64,000 nt of DNA from an uncultured cyanobacterium (GTDB taxonomy: Bacteria; Cyanobacteriota; Cyanobacteriia; Cyanobacteriales; CAWCAG01): assembly GCA_963803805.1 (NCBI GenBank), contig CAWDOD010000002.1, forward strand, positions 672,001 to 736,000, written 5' to 3'. A program made the position numbers and the translations under genes. Below are positions 60,987 through 64,000 of this stretch, piece after piece; position 1 is the stretch's first letter, and every line of letters starts with the position of its first letter. The notes under the pieces were generated by a model, which did not search any database, had not been told where the DNA came from, and saw only the letters and a list, made by a program, of their open reading frames with translations.

Positions 60987-61601
60987 TTCGGCAAATTGAA
61001 AATTTAAAAATTTTTAGTAAGTTGGGCTTTGGTTACTTCCTATCTACTAACAATGATATAACGGGAAGTTATTTGTGAGTAAGAAAAAAGCTCCAACAAC
61101 CAACTTAATAATCAAGAATTTGCTTTCTCAAGTTGCTGTTGAAAACAGTATATAGCCATTATTAGCTGAAGCAAGCAACTATAAGAAAGTTTCAAAAAAA
61201 ACTATTTTTATCTCTAGAAACAAAAAACGCTATCAAAAACAAAAACTTGAATTTCCGAGTTTTCCCTGAAGATCGATACTGATAAACCAGCTTTTTACCC
61301 TGTTTTGTTAAAGTTTTCTCCCTTTGACTATTTGTTTTCTATAAAGACGAACTGAGAAGCGAATAGCTGAACTAAGATATTCCTTTTGTTATTGCGTTTA
61401 TATACTTGTTTATTTATCAAGAAAGGAAAAATCTTATGGTCACAATAGTTGAATGTACGCACATTTTTTACTGACAACACCAAACTAGCTAAGATAGAGA
61501 AATGGCTTCTATCTCAACACAGTTAGGCAGTAGGGAGATTTTTCTTACTTAACAGGGTTTGTAACTTGTTTCAAGGATTTTCGTAACATTTCTTAACAAA
61601 C

Positions 61602-62889
61602 TTAGTTGCTTTCCAAAGGCATCTTTTCTTTGAGGCGCTTAATTTGGGTTTGGAAATAAGTCTGGTTATATCCTAAAGAACTGGCAATCGCCAAAGCATT
61701 TTCGTAAGCTTGCAGCGCACTTTGATAATTTTCCTGTTCTAGATAAATTTTAGCCATCTTCTCAAAAGTTTCCATACGGCTGTAATCGTTATAGCCATAG
61801 TTGTCGATCTTCAGGAGTTCTTGATAAATTGTGAGCGCCGCTTCTGGCTCATCATTCTCGTAATAAAGTTGAGCTAGTTTTTGAAAAGCTTGACTAGCCG
61901 CATCAAATTGTTGAATTGCCCAAGCCGCTTGAAAGGCTTCTTGATAACTTTGACTAGCCGAATCAAGTTGTTCTAGAACTCTATAAGCATCACCAAGGGA
62001 AATTTTCAAACTTGCCAACTTTTCATATTTTTGATTAGCAAGATAAAGTTGTTCCAATTGCTTTTGAATAGCCAATTTTTGGGCTGATAACTTGTCTTGT
62101 TCGTAAATATAAGCCAGGTTTTCTAAGTAAGCTATTTCTTGATTCGTATCTGATTCTTGTTGTGCCAAAGAGAGCAAATCTTGATAGGTATTAGCAGCTT
62201 GACAATAATCAAACCAAGCTAAATGGAAGTTGCCAAGGATATTTAAAGCTGCTTTTTCTGTCTCAATATCTCCAGCTTGTCTGGCATTAGCGAGGATTTT
62301 TTCATAAATATTTAAAGCTTGTCCGGGAGCTTTCACTTGTTCATAGGCTTTACCCAAAGCTTGAAGTAAATCAGGGCTAAGATCACCTTCTTTTTCTACT
62401 TCTGCTTGGATTATTTCTAAGCGTTCAGTAATTATTTGTACATCCTGTTTACGATTTTCTTGAAAAGCAATTTCTCCCACTCTTCCTAAAGCTTTGATTT
62501 CTTCTAAACGGCCAAACTCTCGCCAAACCCTTAATTCTCTATACCAAATTGTAAAAGCTTCATCTTTGTTTCCTGCCCTCAACTCTGCCTTAGCTTGGAC
62601 ATCTAAATCATTCAAAGCGGCGGCAATACGTTTACGTTCTAAAGGGCTAAGGGGGCGTTCTATGGCAGGATTAGGTAAAAGAGGATTCTGTTGTGGTAAT
62701 TTCGAGGGGATTAAGTTCTTCTTCACTTCTTTCTTGTTCTTGATAACGGCGTAAATCTGCTCTTTGAGAACTTTCGTAATTAATGGCAGGATGAATAGGA
62801 CACGAAGTAGTTTCTTGTGCTTTAGCCGGAGATATTTCTAGGGTGATCGCTAAAGTTAGTAGGGCTAGAGTGAATTTTTTATCAACCAT
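61602..62889 (-). CDS. Secreted TPR protein, apparent +1 frameshift near 62687
   Basis: Signal peptide in ORF 62671-62889; removing one A gives ...NPLEITTTDPLLPNPAIERPLSPLE, in frame with the TPR ORF 61602-62726. Confidence 0.8.
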
Positions 62890-63105
62890 TATGAATTTCA
62901 GTTGTCAGTTATCAATAATATTTAATGACAACCGTAACCCTAACAATGTTCAATATTTCCTGTTCAACATGGCTTTTAGTCTAGGCGATCGCATCTTAAA
63001 CCTAGTAATTATCTGATTTTGACTTTTCCCTATTCCCTATTCCCTGCTCCCTAAAATTTAGTATTATAAAAGATTGTATCTCCTAGAATCATTAAGGAAA
63101 AAGCT

Positions 63106-63342
63106 ATGTCCCGCAAATGCCAACTAACTGGTAAAAAAGCTAATAATGCTTTTGCTGTCTCCCACTCCCATCGCCGTACCAAAAAGCTCCAAAATGCCAA
63201 CCTGCAATGGAAGAGAGTTTGGTGGCCAGAAGGTAAACGTTGGGTTAAATTGAAACTTTCCACCAAAGCAATTAAAACCTTGCAGAAAAAAGGTATTCAA
63301 GCCATGGCTAAAGAAGCGGGCATCAATCTTAATCAACATTAA
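63106..63342 (+). CDS. rpmB: 50S ribosomal protein L28
   Basis: [37 protein letters not shown]. Confidence 0.97.
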   Translation: MSRKCQLTGKKANNAFAVSHSHRRTKKLQNANLQWKRVWWPEGKRWVKLKLSTKAIKTLQKKGIQAMAKEAGINLNQH

Positions 63343-63768
63343 AAGAATAGGGAACCGGGAATAGGCAAGCAATACCCCAAGAAAAAAATGCTCCCTATCT
63401 CCCCATCTCCCTACTTCCCCATCTCCTCACTTATAACTAAAGAAAGAATTATACCCAAGTATGATAGGTTTCCTGGATAAGCTGGGCAAGCTATTGGCAG
63501 CAAAAAATTAACCAATTTGTTTGTGGAGGAAAGCTCATTTTACTGACCCAATACTCCCAAATACTTTATTAATCTAAAAAAAAACTCAATCCCTAACCTA
63601 AATTAAATTCGGCAGGTGAAGTATAGAGTTAAGTTGAGCATTTTCTTGAATCTATTTTAGAAATTGCCCTTCTTGATCTCTTCAAATCAAATCTGGCCAA
63701 AATTCTCTATAACTTAAATTTTCTATTTACTAATTACCTAATTTCTTAAGCTTGATAGGAAAGCTACT

Positions 63769-64000
63769 ATGCCACGTAGGAAAAAGAAAGTCAACTTTCT
63801 CAAAAAACTCTTGAAACAAACAGCCAATTGGCTTGCCCGTCGCCTGCGACTTACTACACCAAAAAGTCGTTCTTCTACTAAAGCAGGTTTTGTTTTACCC
63901 ACTGTAGTGATGGTGATGTTGGTAGTCGCTTTGCTGACTACTACTATTATGATTCGCTCTTTTGATAGGAGCAAAAATGCTAGTAACTATCGGGTTGATC
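63769..64000 (+). CDS. hpsA: Hormogonium polysaccharide protein HpsA-like, N-terminal part (runs off window end)
   Basis: Own translation MPRRKKK...KAGFVLPTVVMVMLVVALLTTTIMIRSFDRSKNASNYRVD: prepilin-like G|F site and HpsA signature; not in the ORF track. Confidence 0.82.
   Translation, partial: MPRRKKKVNFLKKLLKQTANWLARRLRLTTPKSRSSTKAGFVLPTVVMVMLVVALLTTTIMIRSFDRSKNASNYRVD

Noticed and set aside
63738-63974. 78-aa minus-strand ORF
   Set aside because: Antisense to the hpsA-like start on the + strand, which has a clear signature

Overview
64-kb chromosomal window from a cyanobacterium (frequent HIP1 octamer GCGATCGC, psb28, nblS/hik33, hpsA, short tandem heptamer repeats). The core genes are tRNA-Asn, pdhB, secDF, lysA-cdaA-uppS, rimI-clpC, nblS, ureE, purN, rpmB and the start of hpsA. 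There is a 14-kb two-component/cAMP cluster (3.7-18 kb) with two receiver-adenylate cyclases and an ETR1-type ethylene-binding-domain kinase. A decaying patch at 25.2-26.4 kb holds gyrB-like and Uma2 remnants. An accessory island between clpC and nblS (44.3-49.7 kb) carries TA remnants, xisHI and an HsdR_N-like gene. The most striking observation is in that island: an NB-ARC/STAND-TPR (NLR-like) gene with no N-terminal effector domain, whose first ~24 residues match the N-terminus of the small helical protein encoded just upstream (GDxIxxFxG[IV]GKxxxxx[VI]xQx[LI]). This is the layout of NLR amyloid/prion-type signalling pairs, but the motif lies at the effector's N-terminus. Other notable items are a 151-bp MITE with a perfect 9-bp target duplication, a 10x21-bp tandem array, a REP cluster and a fungal/Thermus-type homocitrate synthase. 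Several 1-2 nt frameshifts in conserved genes (uppS, secF) suggest sequencing indel errors. All family assignments come from motif recognition by eye; no database searches were run.
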